The position numbers and the translations under genes were made by a program. A stretch of 64,000 nucleotides of DNA from NCBI GenBank assembly GCA_016934035.1, contig JAFGTP010000054.1:90948-154947 (forward strand), in the 5' to 3' direction. The notes below the pieces were generated by a model that had not been told where the DNA came from, did not search any database, and was given only the letters and a program-made list of their open reading frames with translations. Shown piece by piece: positions 8,868-18,463 of the stretch (positions are counted from its first letter, which is position 1; the number at the start of each line of letters is the position of its first letter). The DNA comes from Fidelibacterota bacterium. GTDB taxonomy: Bacteria; Fidelibacterota; UBA2242; JAFGTP01.

Positions 8868-11051
8868 ATGAAAACAATTCAATTATTACTCGTTGTCTTT
8901 ACACTTATTTCTTCACTCATTGCTGATGAGAACAGGTATCAGCCCGATTGGGAATCCCTGGATAGCCGTCCGGTGCCGGAATGGTTTTCGGAGGCCCGGT
9001 TCGGTATATTTATTCACTGGGGGCCCTATTCGGTACCGGCCTGGTCGCCAAAAGGAACCTATTCCGAATGGTACCAGTACTGGCTTCAGAACAAAACCTT
9101 ATTTGGCAATGGTGAATTTACCGGGACCGAAGTGGCCGACTATCATGCCAAAACCTACGGCCCGCACTTCTCCTACTACCATTTTGGTGAAATGCTGACA
9201 GCTGATTTGTTCCGGCCTGAGGACTGGGTCAAACTATTTGAAAAAGCCGGAGCAAAATATATTGTTATAACCACCAAGCATCATGACGGATTTTGCCTCT
9301 GGCCCAGTAAGGAGGCCAATGACCGCGGATTTTCCTGGAACAGCTGTGACATCGGCGCCAGACGTGACCTGATTGGAGAATTGACTGAAGCTGTGAAAAA
9401 AACAGACATAAAGTTAGGCTTTTATTACTCCCTTTATGAATGGTATCATCCTTGGTGGCAAGGGGACAGAAAGCGGTTTGTTGATGAGCACTTTCATCCG
9501 CAGTTCAAAAATTTGATAGAATCATACCAACCGGATTTGATCTGGGGCGATGGTGAATGGGAAATGTCCTCAGAGGATTGGAAATCCCGGAACCTGCTGG
9601 CCTGGCTTTTCAATGAATCCTCGGTAAAAAGTAAAATTGTCCTTAATGATCGCTGGGGCAGTGAAACGCGAAAAAAACACGGCGGATACTATACAACGGA
9701 ATTTGAAGCCGGTTCAAAATTTGACAAACCCTGGGAAGAATGCCGGGGAATGGGATTTTCTTTTGGTTACAATCGCAACGAAGACCTTGAGGATTACAAT
9801 TCTCCACAATCACTGGTGCTGATGCTGGTGGACATCACCAGCAATGGCGGCAATCTACTGCTGGACATCGGACCGGACCATCGGGGCCGGATTCCTGTGA
9901 TCATGCAGGAGCGGCTCATACAAATGGGGAAATGGCTGAAAATCAACGGTGAGGCGATTTACGGCACGAAACCCTGGATCAAACCATGCCAATGGACAGA
10001 TGGAAAGCAGAACATTGATTCAAAAAACCATTACATCAGCGGTGATTTCATTCTGAAAACCACTGTTCATCCGGACCACGGCTATGCCCGCAAGGAAGTG
10101 ATTTTCACCAGCAGAGGCGGTGATATCTATGCCATTTGTCCGGTTTATCCAAAAGAAGAATTAGTGATAAAAGGGCTGACCTTGCCGGAAAACGGACAAA
10201 TCAAATTTCTGGCGACACAACAACAACCGGAATGGTATAACAAAGAGGGCCATTTGCATATTCGCATGCCACAGTTTGTTCCGGAAATTCTGAAAGATGA
10301 ACAAGCCTATGCTTATGTGTTTAAAATATCAGGCCTCAGGGAGTACACCACTGTACCCCGCATTGAAGTCTATTACAAAGATATTTCCCAAAAACCTGTG
10401 ATTTCCCTGTTCACTGAAGATGAGAATTCAAAAATATTTTACACTTTAAATGGAGCTACACCGGATACCGGTTCTCTGGCTTATCATGCTCCCTTTACAC
10501 TTGAGCAGAGTGCCACGATAAAATTTCGGGCCTTGAATCAGGATAAAAATCCCAGTATCATAGGTGATAAAACAATTAAAGTCATTGATGAGTTTGTTGA
10601 ATTCAGGCTGGTCTATCCTGCCGATAAAAAATATGCAGCAAACGGAGCGGTCACGCTTTGTGACGGAGAATTTGGCGACAGTGATTTTGCATCAGGAAAA
10701 TATCTGGGGTTTAATGGACAGGACCTGGTGGCGGAAATAAAACTGAAAAACAATAAACTGATTAATTCCGTTTCTGTCAGTTGTCTGCAAAAACCGGCCT
10801 CATGGATCATGTTTCCCAAAGAATTCGAAATTTATAAATCAAACGACTATGAGAATTTTGAATTTGTCCGAAAACTGGATATTGAGGATTATGGCCATCA
10901 GGATCTCAGGAAAAAATTTATTTTGGAAATCCCCGTCCAGTCTGCCGGGGCAATTCGAATATTTGTAAAAAACCATGGAATTTTACCGGAATGGCATGTT
11001 GGTAAAGGTGAAAAAGCCTGGTTGTTCGTAGACGAAATCGAGGTAAAATAA
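8868..11051 (+). CDS. GH29 alpha-L-fucosidase (second paralog), secreted, with the shared C-terminal module
   Basis: It has a signal peptide. The GH29 signature 'TTKHHDGFCLWPSKEAN' is present, along with 'FGIFIHWGPYSVPAW'. The gap to the upstream gene is 7 nt. Confidence 0.9.
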   Translation: MKTIQLLLVVFTLISSLIADENRYQPDWESLDSRPVPEWFSEARFGIFIHWGPYSVPAWSPKGTYSEWYQYWLQNKTLFGNGEFTGTEVADYHAKTYGPHFSYYHFGEMLTADLFRPEDWVKLFEKAGAKYIVITTKHHDGFCLWPSKEANDRGFSWNSCDIGARRDLIGELTEAVKKTDIKLGFYYSLYEWYHPWWQGDRKRFVDEHFHPQFKNLIESYQPDLIWGDGEWEMSSEDWKSRNLLAWLFNESSVKSKIVLNDRWGSETRKKHGGYYTTEFEAGSKFDKPWEECRGMGFSFGYNRNEDLEDYNSPQSLVLMLVDITSNGGNLLLDIGPDHRGRIPVIMQERLIQMGKWLKINGEAIYGTKPWIKPCQWTDGKQNIDSKNHYISGDFILKTTVHPDHGYARKEVIFTSRGGDIYAICPVYPKEELVIKGLTLPENGQIKFLATQQQPEWYNKEGHLHIRMPQFVPEILKDEQAYAYVFKISGLREYTTVPRIEVYYKDISQKPVISLFTEDENSKIFYTLNGATPDTGSLAYHAPFTLEQSATIKFRALNQDKNPSIIGDKTIKVIDEFVEFRLVYPADKKYAANGAVTLCDGEFGDSDFASGKYLGFNGQDLVAEIKLKNNKLINSVSVSCLQKPASWIMFPKEFEIYKSNDYENFEFVRKLDIEDYGHQDLRKKFILEIPVQSAGAIRIFVKNHGILPEWHVGKGEKAWLFVDEIEVK

Positions 11052-13363
11052 TGATAAAAAGAGCCTTTTTCTGCTTTTTGTTGCTGACTGCATATTTCAG
11101 CAGTTCCTGCAAAAATGGAACTTTAAAAATTCAATATTCCAATCATGATCTGGTCTTTGATTCTCTGGCCACACAATGGGATGAAGCCATCCCGTTGGGC
11201 AACGGAATGCTGGGGGCTTTGGTCTGGAATAATAACGGGAAGTTAAGAATTTCCCTGGATCGCGCTGATTTATGGGACCTGAGACCAATGGAGAACCTGG
11301 ACTCGCCCAACTGGAGATATTCCTGGGTCTATGAGCAGTGGAAAAACAACTCTTATCAAGAGGTCCAGAATAATTTTGACTGGCCCTATGACAGAAGTCC
11401 GGCGCCATCTAAAATACCGGCAGCTGCCCTGGAACTGGATATTGAATCGCTGGGAAAAATTTCTGAGGTGAGGCTGAGCATCAAAGACGCCTGTTGTACA
11501 GTAAGCTGGCAAAGCGGTGTGAAATTATTCATTTTTGTTCATGCGATGGATCCTGTCGGTTGGTATTCTTTTGAAAATTTATCTGATGAAATAAAGCCGA
11601 TGCTGATACAACCACCTTATGCCTGGCCGGTTGATGCCGGAACCGCAGACCCTGTTTCCGGCCAGGACCTCAGGCGTCTGGGCTATGAATCAGGAAAGGT
11701 TGCCGAAACAGAAAATTCCATTGTTTACAAACAAAAGGGCTGGGGCGGATTTCAATATCAGGTTGCCACAAAATGGATAAAGGAGAAAAATAAACTCCTT
11801 GGTTCCTGGAGTATATCCTCCCATTACCCGGAAGAACCCCGGCAACATGACGCAAAAATGATCATTGATCAGCAATCCTTCAAAGACTTTAACAAAAAAT
11901 ATCGTTCCCATCAGAATTGGTGGGATACATTTTGGTCAAAATCCGCGCTCCAACTGCCAGATAAACTCCTCGAAAAACAATGGTATCTGGAAATGTACAA
12001 ATTCGGTTCTGTGGCTCGTGATGGTGCACCACCGATTTCATTGCAGGCTGTCTGGACGGCAGACAATGGAAAGTTACCACCCTGGAAGGGTGATTTTCAC
12101 CATGATTTAAATACGCAATTGAGTTATTGGCCGGCATACAGCAGTAATCATCTGGACCTGGAAGCCGGGTTTATTAACTGGTTGTGGAAAAATAAAAATA
12201 CCTTTAAAGAATATACCCGGTCCTTTTTTCAATGTGACGGACTCAATGTTCCGGGTGTCTCAACTTTGACCGGACAGCCCATGGGCGGATGGATCCAGTA
12301 TGCCTTCGGACCCACGGTTTCAGCATGGCTCGGACAACATTTTTACTGGCATTGGCGCTATACTATGGATAGAAATTTTTTACAGGAAAAAGCCTATCCG
12401 TGGATCAAAGAGGTTGCTATTTTTCTGGAACAATTATCAATCCAGGATGAAAATACAGGTCTTCGAAAATTTCCGCTCAGTTCCAGCCCTGAAATCAATG
12501 ATAATTCCAGAGATGCCTGGTTTCCTGAAATGACCAATTTTGACCTCGCACTTGTTAAATGGACCTATGAAAAAGCTGCGGAACTTGCCAAAGAATTAGA
12601 CCAGACCCGGGATTATGAAAGATGGCAGCATCTTTTGGCGGAATGGCCTGAATATGCAATTGATAATCAGATAGGATTGAAATTCGCACCTGCTTTGGAT
12701 TACCAGACATCCCATCGTCATTTTTCCCATTTGATGGCCTTTCACCCTCTCGGATTGATCGATTATTCCAGGGGCGATTCAGACATTTTTATCATCAGTA
12801 ATACTTTAAAAAATCTGGAAACTCAAGGCAGTGACTGGTGGACCGGTTATTCCTTTGCCTGGCAGGGCAACCTTTATGCACGTGCTCTGGATGGAGAAAA
12901 TGCAGCTAATGTTCTGAAGACATTTGCTACCTGCTTTTGTCTGCCCAACAGTTTCCATGTCAATGGCGACCAATCCGGGACCGGTAAATCCAAATTTACC
13001 TATCGCCCCTTTACGCTGGAAGGTAATTTTGCCTTTGCGGCCGGCCTTCAAGAGATGCTGCTGCAAAGCCATACCGGAACCATAAAAATTTTCCCCGCCA
13101 TACCAGACCAATGGAAAAACCTTTCCTTTGATAACTTTCTGGCCCAGGGTGCGTTCCAAGTTTCAGCCCAAATGAAAGAGGGAAAGGTAGAAAAAATTGA
13201 AATTATGTCCTTAAAAGGCGGCCATCTGAAACTAGCCAATGCTTTTCACTCAGAGCAACTGATTGTCAAAGGTTCTGATGGATATGATCTGAAGAATGGT
13301 CTGATAATGATAACTATGAAGGCAAATCAAAAAATAATCCTTTTGAACAGAAATCAGGATTAA
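11051..13363 (+). CDS. GH95-like glycoside hydrolase (alpha-L-fucosidase/galactosidase type) lipoprotein
   Basis: The start overlaps the upstream stop by 1 nt (TAATG). Lipobox FSSSC. N-terminal 'WDEAIPLGNGMLGALVW...SLDRADLWD' and central 'WKGDFHHDLNTQLSYWP' resemble the conserved GH95 blocks, and the 770-aa length fits the family. Confidence 0.7.
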   Translation: MIKRAFFCFLLLTAYFSSSCKNGTLKIQYSNHDLVFDSLATQWDEAIPLGNGMLGALVWNNNGKLRISLDRADLWDLRPMENLDSPNWRYSWVYEQWKNNSYQEVQNNFDWPYDRSPAPSKIPAAALELDIESLGKISEVRLSIKDACCTVSWQSGVKLFIFVHAMDPVGWYSFENLSDEIKPMLIQPPYAWPVDAGTADPVSGQDLRRLGYESGKVAETENSIVYKQKGWGGFQYQVATKWIKEKNKLLGSWSISSHYPEEPRQHDAKMIIDQQSFKDFNKKYRSHQNWWDTFWSKSALQLPDKLLEKQWYLEMYKFGSVARDGAPPISLQAVWTADNGKLPPWKGDFHHDLNTQLSYWPAYSSNHLDLEAGFINWLWKNKNTFKEYTRSFFQCDGLNVPGVSTLTGQPMGGWIQYAFGPTVSAWLGQHFYWHWRYTMDRNFLQEKAYPWIKEVAIFLEQLSIQDENTGLRKFPLSSSPEINDNSRDAWFPEMTNFDLALVKWTYEKAAELAKELDQTRDYERWQHLLAEWPEYAIDNQIGLKFAPALDYQTSHRHFSHLMAFHPLGLIDYSRGDSDIFIISNTLKNLETQGSDWWTGYSFAWQGNLYARALDGENAANVLKTFATCFCLPNSFHVNGDQSGTGKSKFTYRPFTLEGNFAFAAGLQEMLLQSHTGTIKIFPAIPDQWKNLSFDNFLAQGAFQVSAQMKEGKVEKIEIMSLKGGHLKLANAFHSEQLIVKGSDGYDLKNGLIMITMKANQKIILLNRNQD

Positions 13364-13546
13364 GACTTTGAAACATCGATCATAATATTCATAGCACGAT
13401 AATTCAGAAAATTTTCCATTCTCACGACAAAAGCCAATCAGTTTTTCTATTGTCGGCTCTTATAATCATTATTCAATGTATTTTTCTGGTTGATTTAAAA
13501 ATACTTAATAAATAACTTGAATGAATAAAGTCAATGAGGGATGGTC

Positions 13547-15775
13547 ATGAAATATACTAAGATTTATATGTTAATCCTGTTAGCAGCAATTTTGAGTTGC
13601 TCTGATGAAGACAGAAATCCTGTAAATGGAACTAATCAAAATACCGATTGGAAATATGGCTCAGCGCAATCTTACGATGTAAATTCTGCATCTGCTGTTA
13701 CAGTGGTTGATGATATTACCGGGTATTCTTTTTTCTTTCCGGAAGGTGGTAACGGTGTGCTGGAAATCAGGAAAATCAAAAACGGGCCGTCATTGGAATT
13801 TGATGCGGACCAGTTTGAAGTGAATTACGATGGGGCTGAAAATATCTATATTCAGGTCAGCAAAAACGAAGGTGAAGAAATTGCCCTGTTTGGTCATTTT
13901 CAAATAGGGAATACCGTGCTGGACGGCGCTGAAAATTACCTTAATTGGTGGGAAATTCCGGCCTTCAGCGAATCGGGAGAAAGTGTTTTGTATGATTTGC
14001 AGGGTGAATGGGCTTTGTCAAAAGAAGCGCAACCGACAGTTAATATCAATAAATTTGCTGTATCGCGACTCAGCGCCGGCTCTACGCTGCAACAAAAAAA
14101 ACTGGCCATTCGCACCACTGTGGCCCAGTGTATTGATGAGTGGCTCAATAATCTGCCGGCTGGTTTAAAATCTTCGGCCCAAACACAAATTAACGGCGAC
14201 CGGGCCTATAGAATTAACTGGAGCAATGACGGCAATGCTTATGTGCATGGAAATAACTGGATCAGCAGCAATGCAAATTTTTATTTCACTCAAGATGCGC
14301 AGTTACCGACTATTGCCCATGAAGTAGGGCATTATATGCACCATGTTTTATGTGGCTATGAAGAGTATAATGCTATGTATGAACGGTTTCCCAGGGATTT
14401 TTGGGGTGCGGCTATTGCCCATGATATTGGTGATTACCGGGAAGGACGGGACGAGATTTTGGAAGATGTTGCCCAGTTTTCACAATTTATGATCGTCGGT
14501 GATGTGGACAATTATGATCCCCTGAATATTCAAAATCGGAACAGTGTCCATGATCTTTGCAATCAGAAGGACCCTGACGAAGTGGATTTTCCCAGTCATG
14601 AAGCCTATGGCGTCTGGATGCTGGCCAGTTTATTGAGAACAAACAATGAAATTTACACTTTCAGGACCAATTTGCCGAAAGTCGCAGTTCCGGTAGTGGG
14701 CGCTCCCATCTGCGATGTTTTGCATCTCATTGCCTCCGGACCGGACAATACCGATGAACTGAGGGAATTTATCTATGCTTATCTGCTGGCTAAAGGCGGC
14801 GATTATCAGTATATGCTGCCGGCTTTGCTGGAGCCTATTGGCTGGAGTTATAATGGCTTTGGCTATATTTTAGATGAGAACGACCAACCGGTTGATGATG
14901 CTGTGGTTATTTCTGTCTGCAAAGTTGGCGCAAAGGAATATTATACCCGAAAATCAACCGAAACCGGCAGTAACGGTAAATTTTATTTGGACCGTATTTT
15001 TCCCGGTGCCAATTACCTGCGGGTTTATACCAATAACGGCCACGACTCTACGGATTTTAATTTAGTACTGGACTGGGAAGAAATGACAAATACGACACTT
15101 GAACTGGGGAATTTTAAAATCAGTAACGAAGAAATAATTCCAATACTTCATCGTACTCATGAAATTAATGCTGAACTATATTTAGGCGGGGCCACTGAAG
15201 TTGAAATGGAAGTCACCGGGCAGGGAATCTCCAATTATTCTGAAGTTGATACGACTTACAGTTATACAACAGAAAGAACATCTGACTTTGAATTTGTCGA
15301 TTTTTATGGCGTCGATCAAAGTATAACCTGGTCTGGTACATCTTTTTCTTCAATAGGAGAATATGAAGAGGTGGTTAGTGACGAGGTTATTAATTTAAAA
15401 ATCACCATCACCGGCAGTGTTTCTTCTGATGGCAAAACCCTGCTTTCGGCAAAACAGGAATATATATTTACGAGAACCTACGAAAGAGAAACTGGCTACT
15501 ATGGCGGATACGAACGCCAGGAAACAATTAATGATTATTCCCTTGAATTTAAAAATATTCCCATTGATTCCTATGATGAAGGTAGCAAATATGTCGAATA
15601 CAAATTACCGGATTATATAAACCATACAGGATCGGCTGTCATTAGCTATAGTACCACTGAAAGTATGGTACAGGTAAATCAATATGGAAATTATGTAGAT
15701 AATTGGACCCAGAAAGAGACCTTTAAAAAGTTTATTCCCAATAACAACAATTATATAAGGGTTGGATTTAATTAA
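13547..15775 (+). CDS. Orphan lipoprotein with a zinc-metallopeptidase HExxH motif and a carboxypeptidase-regulatory-like beta domain; family not recognised
   Basis: I prefer the ATG at 13547, which lies 6 nt after GAGGG, over the ATG at 13541. Lipobox AILSC. 'HEVGHYMHH' sits at nt 14318-14344, with a possible E-x3-D (EILED) about 41 aa downstream. 'GYILDENDQPVDDAVV...TGSNGKFYL...GANYLRVY' resembles a CarboxypepD_reg-type domain. Confidence 0.6.
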   Translation: MKYTKIYMLILLAAILSCSDEDRNPVNGTNQNTDWKYGSAQSYDVNSASAVTVVDDITGYSFFFPEGGNGVLEIRKIKNGPSLEFDADQFEVNYDGAENIYIQVSKNEGEEIALFGHFQIGNTVLDGAENYLNWWEIPAFSESGESVLYDLQGEWALSKEAQPTVNINKFAVSRLSAGSTLQQKKLAIRTTVAQCIDEWLNNLPAGLKSSAQTQINGDRAYRINWSNDGNAYVHGNNWISSNANFYFTQDAQLPTIAHEVGHYMHHVLCGYEEYNAMYERFPRDFWGAAIAHDIGDYREGRDEILEDVAQFSQFMIVGDVDNYDPLNIQNRNSVHDLCNQKDPDEVDFPSHEAYGVWMLASLLRTNNEIYTFRTNLPKVAVPVVGAPICDVLHLIASGPDNTDELREFIYAYLLAKGGDYQYMLPALLEPIGWSYNGFGYILDENDQPVDDAVVISVCKVGAKEYYTRKSTETGSNGKFYLDRIFPGANYLRVYTNNGHDSTDFNLVLDWEEMTNTTLELGNFKISNEEIIPILHRTHEINAELYLGGATEVEMEVTGQGISNYSEVDTTYSYTTERTSDFEFVDFYGVDQSITWSGTSFSSIGEYEEVVSDEVINLKITITGSVSSDGKTLLSAKQEYIFTRTYERETGYYGGYERQETINDYSLEFKNIPIDSYDEGSKYVEYKLPDYINHTGSAVISYSTTESMVQVNQYGNYVDNWTQKETFKKFIPNNNNYIRVGFN

Positions 15776-15822
15776 GGATAGTTAAAATACCGGTATCAGG
15801 AATTCGTTGTTCAGCCGGTTTA

Positions 15823-16296
15823 TCATCGTTGCCGGAGAAATTCGACATCATCTGACAGATTTTCTCCCATTGATGCCTGAACCGCCAGTTCGTCGCAGCG
15901 TTCATTTTCCGGATTACCGGCGTGGCCTTTGACCCAGATGAATTCCACCTGATGTTTTTCCAGTAAATCTAACAGTCGCGTCCAGAGATCAGGATTTTTG
16001 GCCATATCTTTTTTGTTGCGCTTCCAGCCGTTGGCCCGCCATTTAACAGCCCAATCCTGGTTTATGGCATCGACAATATATTTGGAATCGGAATAGATTT
16101 TTACCTCGGAATTTTCATATTTGAGGGCCTCCAGGCCTTCGATCACAGCTAAAAGTTCCATGCGATTGTTGGTGGTCAATTTAAATCCTTCCGAAAGTTC
16201 CTTGCGGTATTGACCCTGTTTCAGTACCACTCCAAAGCCACCGGGTCCGGGATTACCGGAGCAGGCACCATCTGTATAAATTGTAATTAAGGCCAT
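15823..16296 (-). CDS. rnhA: Ribonuclease HI
   Basis: 'ITIYTDGACSGNPGPGGFG', 'TNNRMELLAVIEGL', 'IYSDSKYIV' and 'VKGHAGNPENERCDELA' carry the DEDD catalytic motifs. I chose the start at ATG 16296 (MALITIY) over the longer ORF. Confidence 0.9.
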   Translation of the reverse strand: MALITIYTDGACSGNPGPGGFGVVLKQGQYRKELSEGFKLTTNNRMELLAVIEGLEALKYENSEVKIYSDSKYIVDAINQDWAVKWRANGWKRNKKDMAKNPDLWTRLLDLLEKHQVEFIWVKGHAGNPENERCDELAVQASMGENLSDDVEFLRQR

Positions 16297-16364
16297 AAGT
16301 TTTCTTTCATATTTGACACAGATAACAGAGAGCATTCAATAATCGAATCTGTGTCTTTGGGATA

Positions 16365-16408
16365 AGGAAAAATAAAAAAGCGGTAGACTCTTCTCAAGCA
16401 TACCGCTT
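16365..16408 (-). terminator. Rho-independent terminator after the decarboxylase beta-subunit gene
   Basis: An 8-bp stem, AAGCGGTA / TACCGCTT, with a 15-nt loop. On the minus strand it is followed by TTTTTTATTTTT. Confidence 0.65.
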
Positions 16409-16430
16409 AATTTATACAAATATTCTATTT

Positions 16431-17576
16431 TTACATAAAAATTCCCATGAAAACACCGGCAGCAATGGCTGAACCGATCACTCCGGCAACATTGGGCGCC
16501 ATGGCCTGCATCAGCAGGTGATTGTCCTTGTCATAATGCTGGGCAAAATGATGAACAACACGGGCTGAATCCGGTACGGCTGATACGCCGGCAGCTCCGA
16601 TGAGGGGATTAATTTTTTCTTTCAAGAATAGATTCATCAGTTTGCCGAAAAGCACCCCAAAAAATGTGGCTACTGCAAAGGAAACCAATCCGAGAATAAA
16701 AATGCCCACCGACTGGAAGGTTAAAAAGGTCGTCGCCTGAGTGCTCAACCCGACTGCAAAAGAAAGCAGAATGGTACAGATATCCAATAAAGGGCCACCG
16801 GCTGCTTTTGCGAGCCTGTCTGTTACACCGCTTTCTTTCAGTAAATTACCCAGACACAACATACCAACCAGGGTCAGAGATCCCGGTGCGATCAATGCCG
16901 CAAGCAAAACCACTACAATGGGAAAGATAATTTTTTCAATTTTACTCACTCTTCGCGGTGGTTTCATACGAATTTTTCGTTCTTTGACTGTGGTGAGCAA
17001 CTTCATAATAGGAGGCTGTATGACTGGAACCAGTGCCATATAGGAGTAGGCCGCGATGGCGATGGGGCCCAGTAAATGGGGCGCCAGTTGTGAAGAAAGA
17101 AATATTGAAGTCGGTCCGTCTGCGCCACCAATGATACCAATGGAAGCTGCTTCCATATTATCAAAGCCGATCATCAGGGCACCCAGATAGGTGATAAAAA
17201 TTCCCATCTGTGCTGCAGCACCAAGGAGTACTGATTTGGGATTGGATATCAGGGAGCTGAAATCTGTAAGAGCACCAATTCCTAAAAATATCAACGGCGG
17301 AAAGATACCTGACGTGACTCCGTAATATATCAAACTGAATACGGAATTCTGAGAAAATCCGTTCTGGACTGTATCGTATACACCCAGAGGCAATCCTTCC
17401 ATATAGGGAATATTGCCAACAATGACACCGAAACCGATAGGAAGGAGCAGGAGTGGCTCGTAATTTTTTGCGATAGCCAGGTAAATAGCAAATCCACCTA
17501 CGATGATCATGGCTACATTTCCCCAGGTCAGATTCATAAAGCCGGTGGTTGCAAGAATTCTTAAAAATACATCCAT
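16431..17576 (-). CDS. mmdB: Na+-translocating decarboxylase beta subunit (OadB/GcdB/MmdB family), integral membrane
   Basis: It is polytopic and Gly/Ala-rich, with blocks typical of the OadB family ('IGIIGGADGPT', 'GAAGVSAVP'). The RBS is AGGGGAG. I assign it to methylmalonyl-CoA decarboxylase from operon context. Confidence 0.85.
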   Translation of the reverse strand: MDVFLRILATTGFMNLTWGNVAMIIVGGFAIYLAIAKNYEPLLLLPIGFGVIVGNIPYMEGLPLGVYDTVQNGFSQNSVFSLIYYGVTSGIFPPLIFLGIGALTDFSSLISNPKSVLLGAAAQMGIFITYLGALMIGFDNMEAASIGIIGGADGPTSIFLSSQLAPHLLGPIAIAAYSYMALVPVIQPPIMKLLTTVKERKIRMKPPRRVSKIEKIIFPIVVVLLAALIAPGSLTLVGMLCLGNLLKESGVTDRLAKAAGGPLLDICTILLSFAVGLSTQATTFLTFQSVGIFILGLVSFAVATFFGVLFGKLMNLFLKEKINPLIGAAGVSAVPDSARVVHHFAQHYDKDNHLLMQAMAPNVAGVIGSAIAAGVFMGIFM

Positions 17577-17588
17577 TTTTTTCTCCCC

Positions 17589-18068
17589 TTAACCGATCAC
17601 TACCAGCTCAATGCCTTCTTCGACAGAATCACCTTCTTTTACATTGACAGCTGTTACTGTTCCGGCAGCCTTGGCCTGAATTTCATTTTCCATTTTCATG
17701 GCTTCCATAATCAGCAGATTTTGTCCGGCTGCTACGGGGTCACCGACTTTAACCAGCACTTTTTGGATCAAACCCGGCAGAGGTGACAAGATAGCTGAAG
17801 CATTGACAATGGAAGCGGGCTTATGTAATTGTGGCTGTACTGTTGATGCCACAGCTGCGGTTCCTGCATGAACAGCAGGTTGAGCTGCTGCGGCTGTGGC
17901 AGAAAACTGCGGTTTAATATCTGCAATCTGTTCAATGCCCAGGTCTTTGATACCAACTTTATATTTTTTACCATTTACTTCCACTGCCGCTGTGGTGGCG
18001 GTAAAGTCGCTGATAATTACAGAATAATCATTTCCATTTATTTCAAGTCTGAATTCTTTTTCTTTCAT
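17589..18068 (-). CDS. mmdC: Biotin carboxyl carrier subunit of the decarboxylase
   Basis: It has a C-terminal biotinyl domain with 'EAMKMENEI' and an Ala/Pro-rich linker. Confidence 0.8.
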   Translation of the reverse strand: MKEKEFRLEINGNDYSVIISDFTATTAAVEVNGKKYKVGIKDLGIEQIADIKPQFSATAAAAQPAVHAGTAAVASTVQPQLHKPASIVNASAILSPLPGLIQKVLVKVGDPVAAGQNLLIMEAMKMENEIQAKAAGTVTAVNVKEGDSVEEGIELVVIG

Positions 18069-18070
18069 GA

Positions 18071-18457
18071 TTACCTCGTTCGAGTGATGGGTTGGCGGTT
18101 TCTTTGAATCGTTTTCCAGGGGGTCTGATTGACACCATGGGTAAAGGTTACTTCGTTTTGGAGAATTTCAAAATGAAGTAATCGATACACTTCTATGGCT
18201 GTGGCAATGGCAACCAATTCATCATTGGGAATCTTTTCTGATAAGGGCCCTGTCTTCACTGCCTGTATTTCCCCGGAAGGAGCCACTTTTTCCTTGCCGG
18301 ATTTCTGAAAATAATGGGAGGCCTTGTTGAAAAGGGTAATGGCAAAGGAGATGAGTACCAATCCAAAAAATACCACGATAATGCCAGCCATGGAATTGAT
18401 ATGGCCGCTGTTTTCAATGATTTGCGTAAAAGCTTCTGAGAGTTTTTCTATCATCAC
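18071..18457 (-). CDS. mmdD: Small membrane-anchor subunit of the decarboxylase (OadG/MmdD-like)
   Basis: It has a single N-terminal TM helix (MAGIIVVFFGLVLISFAITLF). Its position between the carboxyltransferase and biotin-carrier genes fits this role. The RBS is AGGAG. Confidence 0.55.
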   Translation of the reverse strand: MMIEKLSEAFTQIIENSGHINSMAGIIVVFFGLVLISFAITLFNKASHYFQKSGKEKVAPSGEIQAVKTGPLSEKIPNDELVAIATAIEVYRLLHFEILQNEVTFTHGVNQTPWKTIQRNRQPITRTR

Positions 18458-18463
18458 AATCTC

